A stretch of 64,000 bases of DNA from Chthonomonadales bacterium (GTDB taxonomy: Bacteria > Armatimonadota > Chthonomonadetes > Chthonomonadales > CAJBBX01). The notes below the pieces were generated by a model that was given only the letters and a program-made list of their open reading frames with translations, ran no database searches and was not told the DNA's origin. The DNA lies in NCBI GenBank assembly GCA_049967475.1, contig JBMFSQ010000003.1, positions 32,001 to 96,000 of the forward strand, in the 5' to 3' direction. A program made the translations under genes and the position numbers. Below, in pieces: positions 49,363-59,051 of this stretch (its first letter is position 1; every line of letters begins with the position of its first letter).

Positions 49363-51095
49363 TGAGCTTAGGGTTCCCTCCTGTTAGCCGGTTGAGCGGC
49401 AAGGCCGCCGTTCCGATCCTTTGGAGCTGCTTGCTGCTGCCGATTTGGGGTTGCAGCGTGCCTCATAGCCGGGCATCCCGGACGCCTCAGACACGTTTCC
49501 TCTTTTCGGAAATCGCCCAGAAGGCAGGCATCCGCTTTGTTCATCGCAATGGTCAGGGCGCGGGTGCCAACATCATCGAGACAACCGGCACCGGCTGCGG
49601 GGTGTTCGATTACGACAACGACGGCTAATTGGATCTCTACCTCGTGAATGGAAAATCTCCACCGGGTGACGGCAACCACCTTTATCATAACAACGGAGAT
49701 GGAACCTTTACAGACGTCACTGCAAAGGCCGGCGTGGCAGGGTTGGGGCACGGCTTCGGCATGGGCTGTACAGTGGGCGACTACGATGGGGACGGATGGC
49801 TTGACCTGTACGTAACGTACTATGGGCACAACATCCTTTATCGCAACGAAGGGAATGGAGCCTTCCGGGACGTAACAGCTAAGGCTGGAGTAGCAGCCGG
49901 CGGCTTCTCCACTTCGGCCGTCTTTGCAGACTTCGACGGTGACGGCCGGCCGGATCTGTATGTGGCGCGGTATTGCCAAATCACAAAAGACACCAAGCTC
50001 ATCTGCTACCTCAAGGGGTACCCTTCGAGCTGTCCTCCGTATTACTACCCTCCCGAACCCGATGTGATGTACCGGAACATGGGGAACGGGACCTTCCGTG
50101 ACGTAACCCGTGAGTGGGGGCTCCAGGAAAGCTCAGGCAGGGGATTGGCTACGGTGGCTGTGGACTATGACCGCGACGGACTGCTGGACCTGTTCGTTAC
50201 CAATGACGGCTCGCCGAACTTTCTGTACCGGAACTTGGGCCGCGGCCGCTTCAAGAGCGTAGGGGCCCTCGAAGGTGTCGCACTCACCGACGCCGGCGCC
50301 GCCGTGGCGAACATGGGCTGTGACTTCGGAGACTTCATGGGAGATGGTACGTTTGGCGTGGTGACCGGCGTGTTCGAGAACGAGGAAAAGCCTCTCTGGC
50401 GTTATGAGCGCGGAATGGGTTTCCAGTATTACACGCGTCAATCGGGATTGAGCGCTCCCACGTTGAGCCTTTTGACCTGGGGCATCGGTTTCGAGGACTT
50501 TGACAACGACGGCCGCCTAGATTTATTCATGGCCAACGGCCACGTTCAGGATCATGCAGACCAGATTGATCCGCGCTCTCATTACCGCCAGCCTCGAACC
50601 TACTTCGTCAACGTGGGCAACGGCCGCTTCGAAGAGCGCACGGCAGAAGGCGGGCCCGCCCTCACGACGCCGGCGGTGGGTCGCGGCGCGGCCTTCGGTG
50701 ACCTGTTCAACGACGGAGGAATAGACGTATTGGTCAACAACAATAACGGACCCGCCATGCTGGTACGCAACGATCAGCCGCGACGGAATTGGGTGGAATT
50801 GCGGCTCCTGTCGCGCGGGCCAAACTGGGAGGCCATCGGGGCCGTAGTGGAATTGGAGGCAGGGGACGTGAAACAAACGCGCTTTGTGCATACCAGCTAT
50901 AGTTTTGCGTCGGCGAATGACCCGCGGGTGCACTTTGGCCTAGGCAGTGCCTCGAAGGTGGATCGGGTGAAGGTGGCTTGGCCGGACGGCCGGAAAAGCG
51001 AATATGCGGGCGTTCCGGTGAACCGCATCGTAACACTCGTGGAGCCTGGCGCAGCCGTTCCGCATACCCTTAGGCGCCTGTTGACTTCGCGCTGA
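49362..51095 (+). pseudogene. CRTAC1-family (FG-GAP/VCBS repeats plus ASPIC/UnbV) lipoprotein interrupted by an in-frame TAA
   Basis: ORFs 49362..49628 and 49629..51095 are in frame: DYDNDG*LDLY with TAA at 49626-49628. Lipobox-like IWGC, repeated DxDxDGxxD, RVHFGLG. Confidence 0.85.
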
Positions 51096-51115
51096 TCGGG
51101 GCGGGGTAAGCCGCA

Positions 51116-52384
51116 TCAGGGCTGTTTCGCTGCGGGGGCCTTGTTCTTCGTGACCTGGGGTGCAGTGGCGGTTGTTGCCGTTTGCTGTTTGAGGCGGGCA
51201 ATAGCTCTTTGGTTCCCCGGATCCATGGAAAGGGCTGCAACGAAAGCCTTTCGTCCCTCAGACGGATTGCCGAGCGAGATGTCTAGATCGCCGAGGCGCA
51301 GCAGATTTCCGGGCACATCTTCTCCCTTTTCGATGGCCCGAAGAACGATTTCCCGTTCAGCGCTCCATTTGGCAAGCGGCGCCAAACGCTGGCCGATGGC
51401 ACGTGCTTCTGCGTTGCGCCCGCTCTGTTGGTAGAAATCCCGCAGCATCGTGAGCGCCTCTACGCTGTAGGGGTTCGCGTCTACGGCGTGCTCCAGGGCT
51501 TGGCCGGCATCGCCGCGGTTTCCTTCACTGAGCCACACTCGAGCGGCTTCGATGTAAGCGGGTGCCTTGTTCGCGGCAAACTCGGCTACGCGGGTGAGCT
51601 CCTGCATGCCGCGGACACGGTCGGGCCCTTGGCGGGTGGTCAAGAGAGCACGTGCAAGCTGGAGGCGGGCTTCGAGATCCGATGGGTCGGCCCTGAGGGC
51701 TGCTTCCAGCTCCTTGCGGGCTTCGGCCACGCGGCCTGCGGCGAGAAGAGCCGCCCCAAAGGGCCCGTGAAGTGCGCTCGATCTCGGATCCATACTTTGC
51801 GCGCGCGAGAATGCCCTTACTGCCGCATCGGGGTGGCCCAGAAGCATCTCCAGGCGCCCGAGCGCAAGCCACGCCTCGCGCCTAGATGGATTGATGGCGA
51901 GGCCGGCCATCAATTCGTCCTTGGCAGCCTCTCTACGGAACGTCTCGTCGAGAATGGCTGCGAGGATGAAGTGTGCTTCCGTCTTGTGCGGCCAGAGCTC
52001 GATCGTCTTGCGGAGGACGCGTTCGGACACGGCCCAGTTCCCGCGGGCAAATTCGCACCGAGCCCAACCCGTCCAGGCTTCGGATGCCACGGGGTTTATG
52101 GCAGCAGCCCGTTGATAGGCCTTAGCTGCAGGAGGAAAATCGCCGGACCGCTCCAGTCGCCGGGCCAGCTCGTAGACGACGGCAAACGGAGCATGAGGGC
52201 GCGCTGCGGCCTGCCGGAGGGCTGCGTTAGGCATCCGGGACGCCTGCCACCTCTGAATGGCGCCAGTCATGGCCAACCGCAACGCAATGCCGGCCAGAAT
52301 GACTGCAATCGAGGCGACGATAATTCGGCGCATGCGCTTTCGTGAGGCTTGCAGAAGCGGCTGCGGATCGGGCGGTAGTGCCAT
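51116..52384 (-). CDS. Membrane-anchored TPR-repeat protein
   Basis: N-terminal helix IIVASIAVILAGIALRL followed by TPR repeats. Confidence 0.83.
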   Translation of the reverse strand: MALPPDPQPLLQASRKRMRRIIVASIAVILAGIALRLAMTGAIQRWQASRMPNAALRQAAARPHAPFAVVYELARRLERSGDFPPAAKAYQRAAAINPVASEAWTGWARCEFARGNWAVSERVLRKTIELWPHKTEAHFILAAILDETFRREAAKDELMAGLAINPSRREAWLALGRLEMLLGHPDAAVRAFSRAQSMDPRSSALHGPFGAALLAAGRVAEARKELEAALRADPSDLEARLQLARALLTTRQGPDRVRGMQELTRVAEFAANKAPAYIEAARVWLSEGNRGDAGQALEHAVDANPYSVEALTMLRDFYQQSGRNAEARAIGQRLAPLAKWSAEREIVLRAIEKGEDVPGNLLRLGDLDISLGNPSEGRKAFVAALSMDPGNQRAIARLKQQTATTATAPQVTKNKAPAAKQP

Positions 52385-52463
52385 CAGACGTGTCTCCCGG
52401 ATGAAGGATCTTGGCCCATGAATTGTTTCTGTACGAGGCCGGCACCATTCCTGCTGCCGGCAG

Positions 52464-54128
52464 TCATCTTTGCCTTAGGCGGATGCGCCGATCCACCGCA
52501 CCACAAGGGTAGGTTTCCCACTTACCGTTTGGCCACCGCACCCGTACCCACGGTACGCGTTTGGTGGTACCCAAGCCGAAATGGAGCCACGGCGACGAGC
52601 TCGAAAGGTAACTCGATGCGGGTGACAGATCTTGCAACCAAAGATCGGACCCAACCCGGAACATGACGCGGGCGCCATAGGCAAGCCAGTCTGGCGGCCG
52701 GCCCTGCAGTTCCACTTCCAGCCAATGGCCGGCACCGGCCGTTCTATTCTGCAAGAGCAACGGCCCGCCGTCGTCATCCACTACCAGCGCATCCACGCGG
52801 CCGTCGTTATCGAAATCCCCTGTTGCCGAACCGCGGCCCAGGATCATGCGCTGGAATGGCGGCCCAGCCGTTCGTGTAACTTCCTCGAAGCTATGGCCCC
52901 TGCGGTTCATAAAGAGCTGCAACGGTTCCAGGTAAGAGGTCTGCGGGTCTATTCGGCTCGCCGTGTCGTAAACGCTCCCGTTGGCGAAAAGAAGATCGGG
53001 CCACCCGTCATTGTCCACGTCTAGGAACTTGGTTCCGAAGCTCAGCATGAGCAGTGTGGGATCTGCAAGACCGACGATTGGGCTCACATTGTCGAAATAG
53101 GGGCCTTGGTTGCGGTAGAGCGACACCGGCTCGTGAGAGAACTTCGCTGCGACCAGATCCAGCCTGCCGTCACGATTGTAGTCTGCCCAATCGGCGCCCA
53201 TGGCAGCTTGCGCCTGCTGGTAAACGCCAAGGGCTACTCCCTCAGAGAGCGCTTCGTTGCGAAAGTGCATCCCTCCCATGTTGTGGAAGAGGTCTGCGGG
53301 CATACCGTCGTTCCCCAGGTAGAAGTCTATGCGGCCGTCGTTATCATAATCTGCGTAGGCCACTACGAGGCACTTTCCCCCCATATGTCCGGCAAGACCG
53401 GATGCAGCGGTCACGTCTGTGAACGTTCCGTTGCGGTTGTTGTGGTATAGGTGGGAATATTGCGGCGCATAAGTTTGCGGGGGGCATCCACTGAGGACGC
53501 CGCCTCCCAAATTGCAGTAGTGCGGCGTCTTGTCGTTATACACAACATAGTTGCCTACGAAGAGATCTTGATAGCCGTCGCCGTCAAGATCCATGAACCC
53601 CGCGCTGCTGCACCAGCCGTTGGGCTTGAGGCGGGCTGAGCGGGTAGTGTCTGTGAACTCGAGATCCCCACTCCCGTGCAGAAGTGCGATGCAGTTGTAG
53701 CCGGTGAGCAGCAGGTCCTCGCGGCCGTCTGCATCGTAATCGCCGATGGCACAGCCCTTCCATGCTCCTCGAATGCGCGCCAATCCGCATCGGGCTGACA
53801 CGTCTTCATACTGTCCCGCGCCTTTATTGAGGAAGAGTGCGGAAGTTGGTTCCCCCACCAGGAGTATGTCCAGCAAGCCGTCGCGGTTCAGATCCAAGAA
53901 GGCGCATCCATGACCGAATGCATCCAGTGCGGTGACGGGCGATATGTGCTTCGGCCCCCAGCGGAAGCGGATGCCGGACTGCTGTGCGACGTCGGCGAAC
54001 CATGGGCCTTCGTGATGGGCGGCCGGCGCATCGTGAGAGGGCGCACGGTGCTTGCATCCTGCGCTGCATCCCCACACGAGGACCAGAGCCGACGGCAGGA
54101 GGACACGGTTGAGGCAGCGTATACCCAC
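52464..54128 (-). CDS. CRTAC1-family (FG-GAP repeats plus ASPIC/UnbV) lipoprotein
   Basis: Lipoprotein-like signal (VWGC/SAGC), repeated DxDxDGxxD motifs, SYLSSS..LHFGLG..VRWPNG. Confidence 0.9.
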   Translation of the reverse strand: MGIRCLNRVLLPSALVLVWGCSAGCKHRAPSHDAPAAHHEGPWFADVAQQSGIRFRWGPKHISPVTALDAFGHGCAFLDLNRDGLLDILLVGEPTSALFLNKGAGQYEDVSARCGLARIRGAWKGCAIGDYDADGREDLLLTGYNCIALLHGSGDLEFTDTTRSARLKPNGWCSSAGFMDLDGDGYQDLFVGNYVVYNDKTPHYCNLGGGVLSGCPPQTYAPQYSHLYHNNRNGTFTDVTAASGLAGHMGGKCLVVAYADYDNDGRIDFYLGNDGMPADLFHNMGGMHFRNEALSEGVALGVYQQAQAAMGADWADYNRDGRLDLVAAKFSHEPVSLYRNQGPYFDNVSPIVGLADPTLLMLSFGTKFLDVDNDGWPDLLFANGSVYDTASRIDPQTSYLEPLQLFMNRRGHSFEEVTRTAGPPFQRMILGRGSATGDFDNDGRVDALVVDDDGGPLLLQNRTAGAGHWLEVELQGRPPDWLAYGARVMFRVGSDLWLQDLSPASSYLSSSSPWLHFGLGTTKRVPWVRVRWPNGKWETYPCGAVDRRIRLRQR

Positions 54129-54316
54129 GTAAGGTGCTGGATAGGCAGTTCGTTGAGGATGCCTTCAAACCGACGCCGGCAGCCGGAACTGAGCGCGCGC
54201 ATCCTCCGACTGAAGACGCTTTAAACTTCGCATCTGGAGCGGAAAACTCCTTCCCAGGATTAAGGATCGGGCGCCAAGGGCGTGTCCACAGAGCCTGGGA
54301 AGGAACGGGTGCGCAA

Positions 54317-55219
54317 CTACGCCGCAGGAGCTATGTCCACGAGCGTGCGGGCGGACTCGAACTGGGATTGCAACTCTCCGATCATCCATTCCATGTCTTC
54401 GTCCGTAAAGGCGAGCCATTCGGACACAGCTTCCGACAGCCGCGGCGCGGCCAGGTGTTCGCTGCTGGCGAAGCCCGAGTGCCAGGCAAAGTAATCCGCT
54501 GCGTGCACTGTGGCTGCGCTTGGGAAGAACTCATGCTCGGGGTTCGGCGCCTCCCACATGCTGGTGGAGGCCACGAGGATTGGAGGAAAGTTCCACGTTT
54601 CGGAGATGCGCGCCGCAATCGTCGTATGGTCTATGCCCAGCACCTCCCGTTCGGCCTGCAGCATGGTGATCTCATTGCGCGCTGCATGGGCCAGGGTGAG
54701 TGTGTACTGGGCGGGAAAATAGCAATCCAGAAACAGTTCGCCGATATCATGGAGGAGGCCGCCGAGGAACGCCTGTTCCATGAGGGTACGGTTGCGGGGC
54801 TGCTTCTGCCGTGCCACGATGCCCGAGCCGACAGCCGCCGCCACCGAATGTTCCCAGAACATACGCCGATTGAGGCCTGGGATGCCTCCTTTGCGCGTGA
54901 GAATACCGAAAGCAGATACCCCAAGGACGAGGTTCCGCACGGTATTGAAGCCGAGGATCACGATGGCGTGGGTGATGGTTCCGATGCGCTTCGGGAAGCC
55001 GTAATAGGCCGAATTGACGATGCGAAGCATCTTGGACGAGAGCGCTTGGTCCAGAGAGATCAAGCGGTTGAGCTCCTCGGCCCCGCTGTTGGGGTTATTG
55101 ACGGTTTGCATGATGCGGGTGACGACTGCGGGAAGCGGCGGAAGATCCGCCAGCTTCTTCTCCAGCATCTGCTGGAAGAGTTCCTGATCAATGCGGATGG
55201 GTGTGCTGTCGGCTGGCAT
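54317..55219 (-). CDS. Stand-alone HDOD-domain protein (start 55219 or 55237)
   Basis: LPPLPAV, LRIVNSAYYG, AIVILG, FWEHSV, GLLHDIG, WNFP. Confidence 0.92.
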   Translation of the reverse strand: MPADSTPIRIDQELFQQMLEKKLADLPPLPAVVTRIMQTVNNPNSGAEELNRLISLDQALSSKMLRIVNSAYYGFPKRIGTITHAIVILGFNTVRNLVLGVSAFGILTRKGGIPGLNRRMFWEHSVAAAVGSGIVARQKQPRNRTLMEQAFLGGLLHDIGELFLDCYFPAQYTLTLAHAARNEITMLQAEREVLGIDHTTIAARISETWNFPPILVASTSMWEAPNPEHEFFPSAATVHAADYFAWHSGFASSEHLAAPRLSEAVSEWLAFTDEDMEWMIGELQSQFESARTLVDIAPAA

Positions 55220-55451
55220 AGGCTCGCTCTCGAGCAAGGTAGATGCGGCAACGAGCGTACTCGCGCTTAGGCGACACTAGTATTATGGAACCGGGCGGGG
55301 AGATCCTTTAGGCGTAAACCCAGGTTTGCCGCAACGGATGGCTCAACGGTGCCGGATCCGCGCGGCTAAAGGAAAGGCCGCTGAGGTTGAAGGGCGTGTT
55401 GAGAAGACGTGCCGGGCGGAGCCCGCCTGTCGCCCGGCACAGAACTTTGCG

Positions 55452-55706
55452 CTATTCGGCCGCGGTTTCTGCGGGCATCCCTACCACTTCGAGGTATACT
55501 TTGCGCTTCTCTTTCATCGCGCTTGCCTTGGCCAGCACACGCATGGCGTTGGCGATGCGGCCTTGCTTCCCAATTGCCTTACCGAGGTCTTCCGGGGCCA
55601 CGTGCACACGGTAGGTGGTGGCGTTTTCGCCCGGTTCCTCTTCTACGCGGACCTGTTCGGGAAGGTCCACTACAGCTTGGACGAGTTGTTCGATAAACGC
55701 CTTCAT
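55452..55706 (-). CDS. khpA: Single KH-domain RNA-binding protein (KhpA/YlqC family)
   Basis: VDLPEQV...VAPEDLGKAIGKQGRIANAMR. Confidence 0.88.
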   Translation of the reverse strand: MKAFIEQLVQAVVDLPEQVRVEEEPGENATTYRVHVAPEDLGKAIGKQGRIANAMRVLAKASAMKEKRKVYLEVVGMPAETAAE

Positions 55707-55954
55707 CAGGTTCCTCGCTTTCCACGAACCTCCATCCAGGATCAGCGATCCGGCCACGGCCACGTCGGCGGGGCCATTCCGGAGTTCTCGGTGTTTGGCG
55801 GCAGGTACCCGCCAGCATCCGCTAAGCTTAATAGCGGTTAATGCCGATGGAAGGTTCCTTCGCCTTCAGATTGCGAAATTCCTGCTTATCGGCAAATCGC
55901 GCTCTTGGGATTGCTTGCGGTGCCTTCCCGTGGGCAATCCGCGCGCACTGCCCG

Positions 55955-56161
55955 TCATGGTGCCGGGACTACGTTGGCGGCTTGCCTCCCCTTAGGCGTT
56001 TCCACGGGTTCGTACAGCACATCCTGCCCTTCGCGGAGGGACTTGAAGCCCTCCATCATGATGGCGCTGTAGTGAACAAAGACGTCTACGCCATCATCGC
56101 TTTGAATAAAGCCATACCCTTTGGCGTCGTTGAACCATTTGACTTTTCCTTTGATGGCCAC
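55955..56161 (-). CDS. Cold-shock protein
   Basis: [36 protein letters not shown] start at 56161. Confidence 0.95.
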   Translation of the reverse strand: MAIKGKVKWFNDAKGYGFIQSDDGVDVFVHYSAIMMEGFKSLREGQDVLYEPVETPKGRQAANVVPAP

Positions 56162-56294
56162 TTCTGCAAAACCTTTCTGCAGGAATAATCGCGGAAGGGT
56201 GCGCGTGCGGGGGCATGCGATCCCTCCATTGAATGCACCCTGCAGAATGTGTGCCATTGTGTCGGTTACGCCAGGAAACCGGTACAATCACGGT

Positions 56295-57557
56295 TCATGA
56301 TCCATCCGAGGCGTTGGCGAGAGCCTTCAGGCGTGCATCCAAAGCGGCCTGATCTACGGCGAAGGATTGGAGGGCGGATTGCGTCATCAGGTCATCCAGG
56401 GCGATTTGGGGCTGCGCGTTCCAGCGGCCCAGATCGGGGATCTTTCCGTGCCGGCGGATCACCTCCGCTTCTTCGGATGTGAACCGATGGAACAGATGGG
56501 TACCGTGGTCTTCGTCTGCTTGGCGGATATCGGCGCCGGTGAGCTTGGTGGGGGTATGACGGGCCAGGTCATCGGCCAGAGCGCGGACGCGGTCATCCAC
56601 CTCCCACAGCACGGCGACCTTGGCGGCTGCATCGGGATTCAGGTGCACGGGGAGATCCGCGCCGACGTTGGATGTGAGGCGGGCAGGGTCGGGGCCGGCA
56701 TCCAGAAATCCTTTGGCGACTTTGACCGGCATGGTATGCACATCTACTCCAGCAAGGGTAGCAACCTGGGAGGCCTCACGCATGGATGCGGCGATCTGCC
56801 GCGAAGCGCACTTGCCTTCGCTTCTGAGCTGGGCCACGGCTGCCTGAGAAGCCAGCGTCGCCCGTTCCCCCACGTTCCGGCCATCGCCTAAGCCGTTGTC
56901 GGCCACCACATTGTTGAGGCGGCCTAGAAACACGTTCACAAAGGCAGGGTTCGCTATTCGGGCAGCCACGTAATTCTGCCGTGCAGAGAAGCCCAGCGTG
57001 AAGTTGATTGGAATGGATTGGGCCGATGCCCTTGCTACGGCGCATATCCCTTCCGGGGTGAGCGGGATCTTGACGATGAAGCGTTCTGGGCAGACCGCAT
57101 AGTATCGCTGAGCGAAAAAGACCGTGCGATCGAGATCTTCGGCGACGGATGGGTGGAGCTCCACACTCACGCGGGCGCCCATGGCGGCAACGAGGCGAAG
57201 GGCTATGTGGCAATTCACAATGAAGCCCAGCTCCATGATGCGTTCTGCCTCCGGCAGGTTTGTGCCGAGGGAATTGAGCCGGCGGGCTGCCTGGCGCACA
57301 AGGTCGTCCATCACTCCGGTTTGCACTACCTGGTTGGCTAGAGTGTTGTTGGTAGTGAGAGCGGTGAATTCCTGATGCCAAAGCGGCTGGGCTTCTTCCA
57401 AGAGGCCCGTGTCCAGCCATAACTCGGTTCCCAACTCGCGCAGTCTGGCAAGGGCAGGGTGGCTTGGGAATTGCTTGCCCGTTCCTTGAGTTATTGCATT
57501 GCGGGCTGCTTCCCTAAGTGTGGCGTCTATTTCTGCCTGAACCGATGCAATCCTCAC
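56295..57557 (-). CDS. Transaldolase-family protein (long form)
   Basis: WLDT, TTNN, VSVE, IVKIP (Schiff-base Lys), NFTLGFS, FLGRL, AASMR; AAGGAG before GTG 57557. Confidence 0.85.
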   Translation of the reverse strand: MRIASVQAEIDATLREAARNAITQGTGKQFPSHPALARLRELGTELWLDTGLLEEAQPLWHQEFTALTTNNTLANQVVQTGVMDDLVRQAARRLNSLGTNLPEAERIMELGFIVNCHIALRLVAAMGARVSVELHPSVAEDLDRTVFFAQRYYAVCPERFIVKIPLTPEGICAVARASAQSIPINFTLGFSARQNYVAARIANPAFVNVFLGRLNNVVADNGLGDGRNVGERATLASQAAVAQLRSEGKCASRQIAASMREASQVATLAGVDVHTMPVKVAKGFLDAGPDPARLTSNVGADLPVHLNPDAAAKVAVLWEVDDRVRALADDLARHTPTKLTGADIRQADEDHGTHLFHRFTSEEAEVIRRHGKIPDLGRWNAQPQIALDDLMTQSALQSFAVDQAALDARLKALANASDGS

Positions 57558-57605
57558 GTGTTCTCTCCTTTGCAAGGTTTGTTGGGCAGCGGCGACTGCC
57601 TGTGG

Positions 57606-58145
57606 TTACTGAATGCCGTACCACTCGCGGATCCGTGCGCTCAATCCCATGGCGAAAACGCCTGCGCTGGCTGCCAAGGCCGGCAGGCGCAGTGGGCCGG
57701 CAATTCCCAAACCGAGTAGAGCAGCTAGGCCCAACAATGCTGCGACGATCATGGTGGCCCACCAACCTCCGGATCGCTGAGACCATGCCCAAAACGCTGC
57801 GACGATCAACCCAATCGCTATGGGAGCCATCAACACTGCCCACAGTGCAGTGCTTACTGCGCCGAAGGCGTGCCCGATGTAGTTGGTGTGATCTTGGCTC
57901 AATGCCGGCTGGGCGCGAAAACTCCCCATCAGTGTGGCGACAGGACCCAGCACCAGGACCATAAAATCGAAGAGCACGAACCCCAGGACGGCTGGGGGGC
58001 GCGTGCGCAGCCGCTCGAGCTGTGCGATGCGCTGATGGTTCACTTCCAGGGTTGTGGCCCCAGCGTAGGCTGTTAGGGGCGCCGCGCAAACCGTGCAAAT
58101 GGCGGCCCCGTCGGGGTTATTGGTGTCACATTGCGGGCAACGCAA
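57606..58145 (-). CDS. Zinc-ribbon-containing membrane protein
   Basis: CPQC...CTVC N-terminus followed by about four hydrophobic helices. Confidence 0.7.
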   Translation of the reverse strand: MRCPQCDTNNPDGAAICTVCAAPLTAYAGATTLEVNHQRIAQLERLRTRPPAVLGFVLFDFMVLVLGPVATLMGSFRAQPALSQDHTNYIGHAFGAVSTALWAVLMAPIAIGLIVAAFWAWSQRSGGWWATMIVAALLGLAALLGLGIAGPLRLPALAASAGVFAMGLSARIREWYGIQ

Positions 58146-58186
58146 ACAGGCGTCCTCTCAGCAGGATACTTGGGCAACGGGTGGGA

Positions 58187-58999
58187 TCAGGCTTTCTCTC
58201 CAAGGTTCCTCTTCATCTCCATGAACGGAGTCAGCAAGTCAATGGGTACAGGCAGGATCGTCATTGTGGATCGCTCCGATGCGATTTCCCGCATGGATTG
58301 AAGGAAGCGAAGTTGTAGAGCCGCCGGTTGCGTCGCAATCAGAGCGGCTGCCTGAGTGAGCTTCTCGGCCGCCTCGAACTCGCCTTGCGCATTGATTACC
58401 TTGGCGCGCCGCTCCCGTTCGCTCTCCGCTTGGGCGGCCATCGCCCGCTTCATGCTTTCGGGGAGTGCCACGTCCCGCATCTCCACCCCGGTGACCTTTA
58501 CGCCATAGGGTTCGGTCTGCTCATCTATTACGGTCTGCAGCTTCTGGTTGATGCGGTCGCGTTGCGCAAGCAATTCGTCAAGCTCGGCCTGCCCGATGGT
58601 ACTGCGGAGCGTCGTCTGGGCGATGAGCGATGTCGTCCGGATATAGTTTTCGATGCGCAGGATGGCTCCTTTGGGATCCACCACCTTGAAAAGGACGATG
58701 GCGTCCACGGTTACGGGCACGTTATCCCGCGTCATCATTTCTTGGCGGGGCACATCCATGGTTACGATGCGCGTGTCTACACGAATGGCGCGGTCGAGGT
58801 AGGGCCACAAGATAATGACGCCGGGGCCGGCGACGTGGTGAAACTTGCCCAGGCGCAGCACCACGGCTCGTTCCCAATCGGGGAGGACTTTGATGGCGGC
58901 CGGGAGTATCACCAGCGCCAAAACAATGAGGATCGCCAGCGGTACACCAATGAACTGCGTTACCAGATCGAACAGCTCTTTCATCGCGAAGATCTCCAT
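58187..58999 (-). CDS. SPFH/stomatin (slipin) family protein
   Basis: WERAVVLRLG, TRDNV, AQTTLRS, AESERERRAK, ALQLRFLQ. Confidence 0.94.
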   Translation of the reverse strand: MEIFAMKELFDLVTQFIGVPLAILIVLALVILPAAIKVLPDWERAVVLRLGKFHHVAGPGVIILWPYLDRAIRVDTRIVTMDVPRQEMMTRDNVPVTVDAIVLFKVVDPKGAILRIENYIRTTSLIAQTTLRSTIGQAELDELLAQRDRINQKLQTVIDEQTEPYGVKVTGVEMRDVALPESMKRAMAAQAESERERRAKVINAQGEFEAAEKLTQAAALIATQPAALQLRFLQSMREIASERSTMTILPVPIDLLTPFMEMKRNLGEKA

Positions 59000-59051
59000 T
59001 CTTCTGCAATCGCCTGCCGACCGCTACAACCGGGCTTCCCAGACGGATGCC

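Noticed and set aside
55886..55893. GCCGATAA (sigma28 -10 consensus) on the minus strand upstream of khpA
   Set aside because: No TAAA -35 element at the required spacing.
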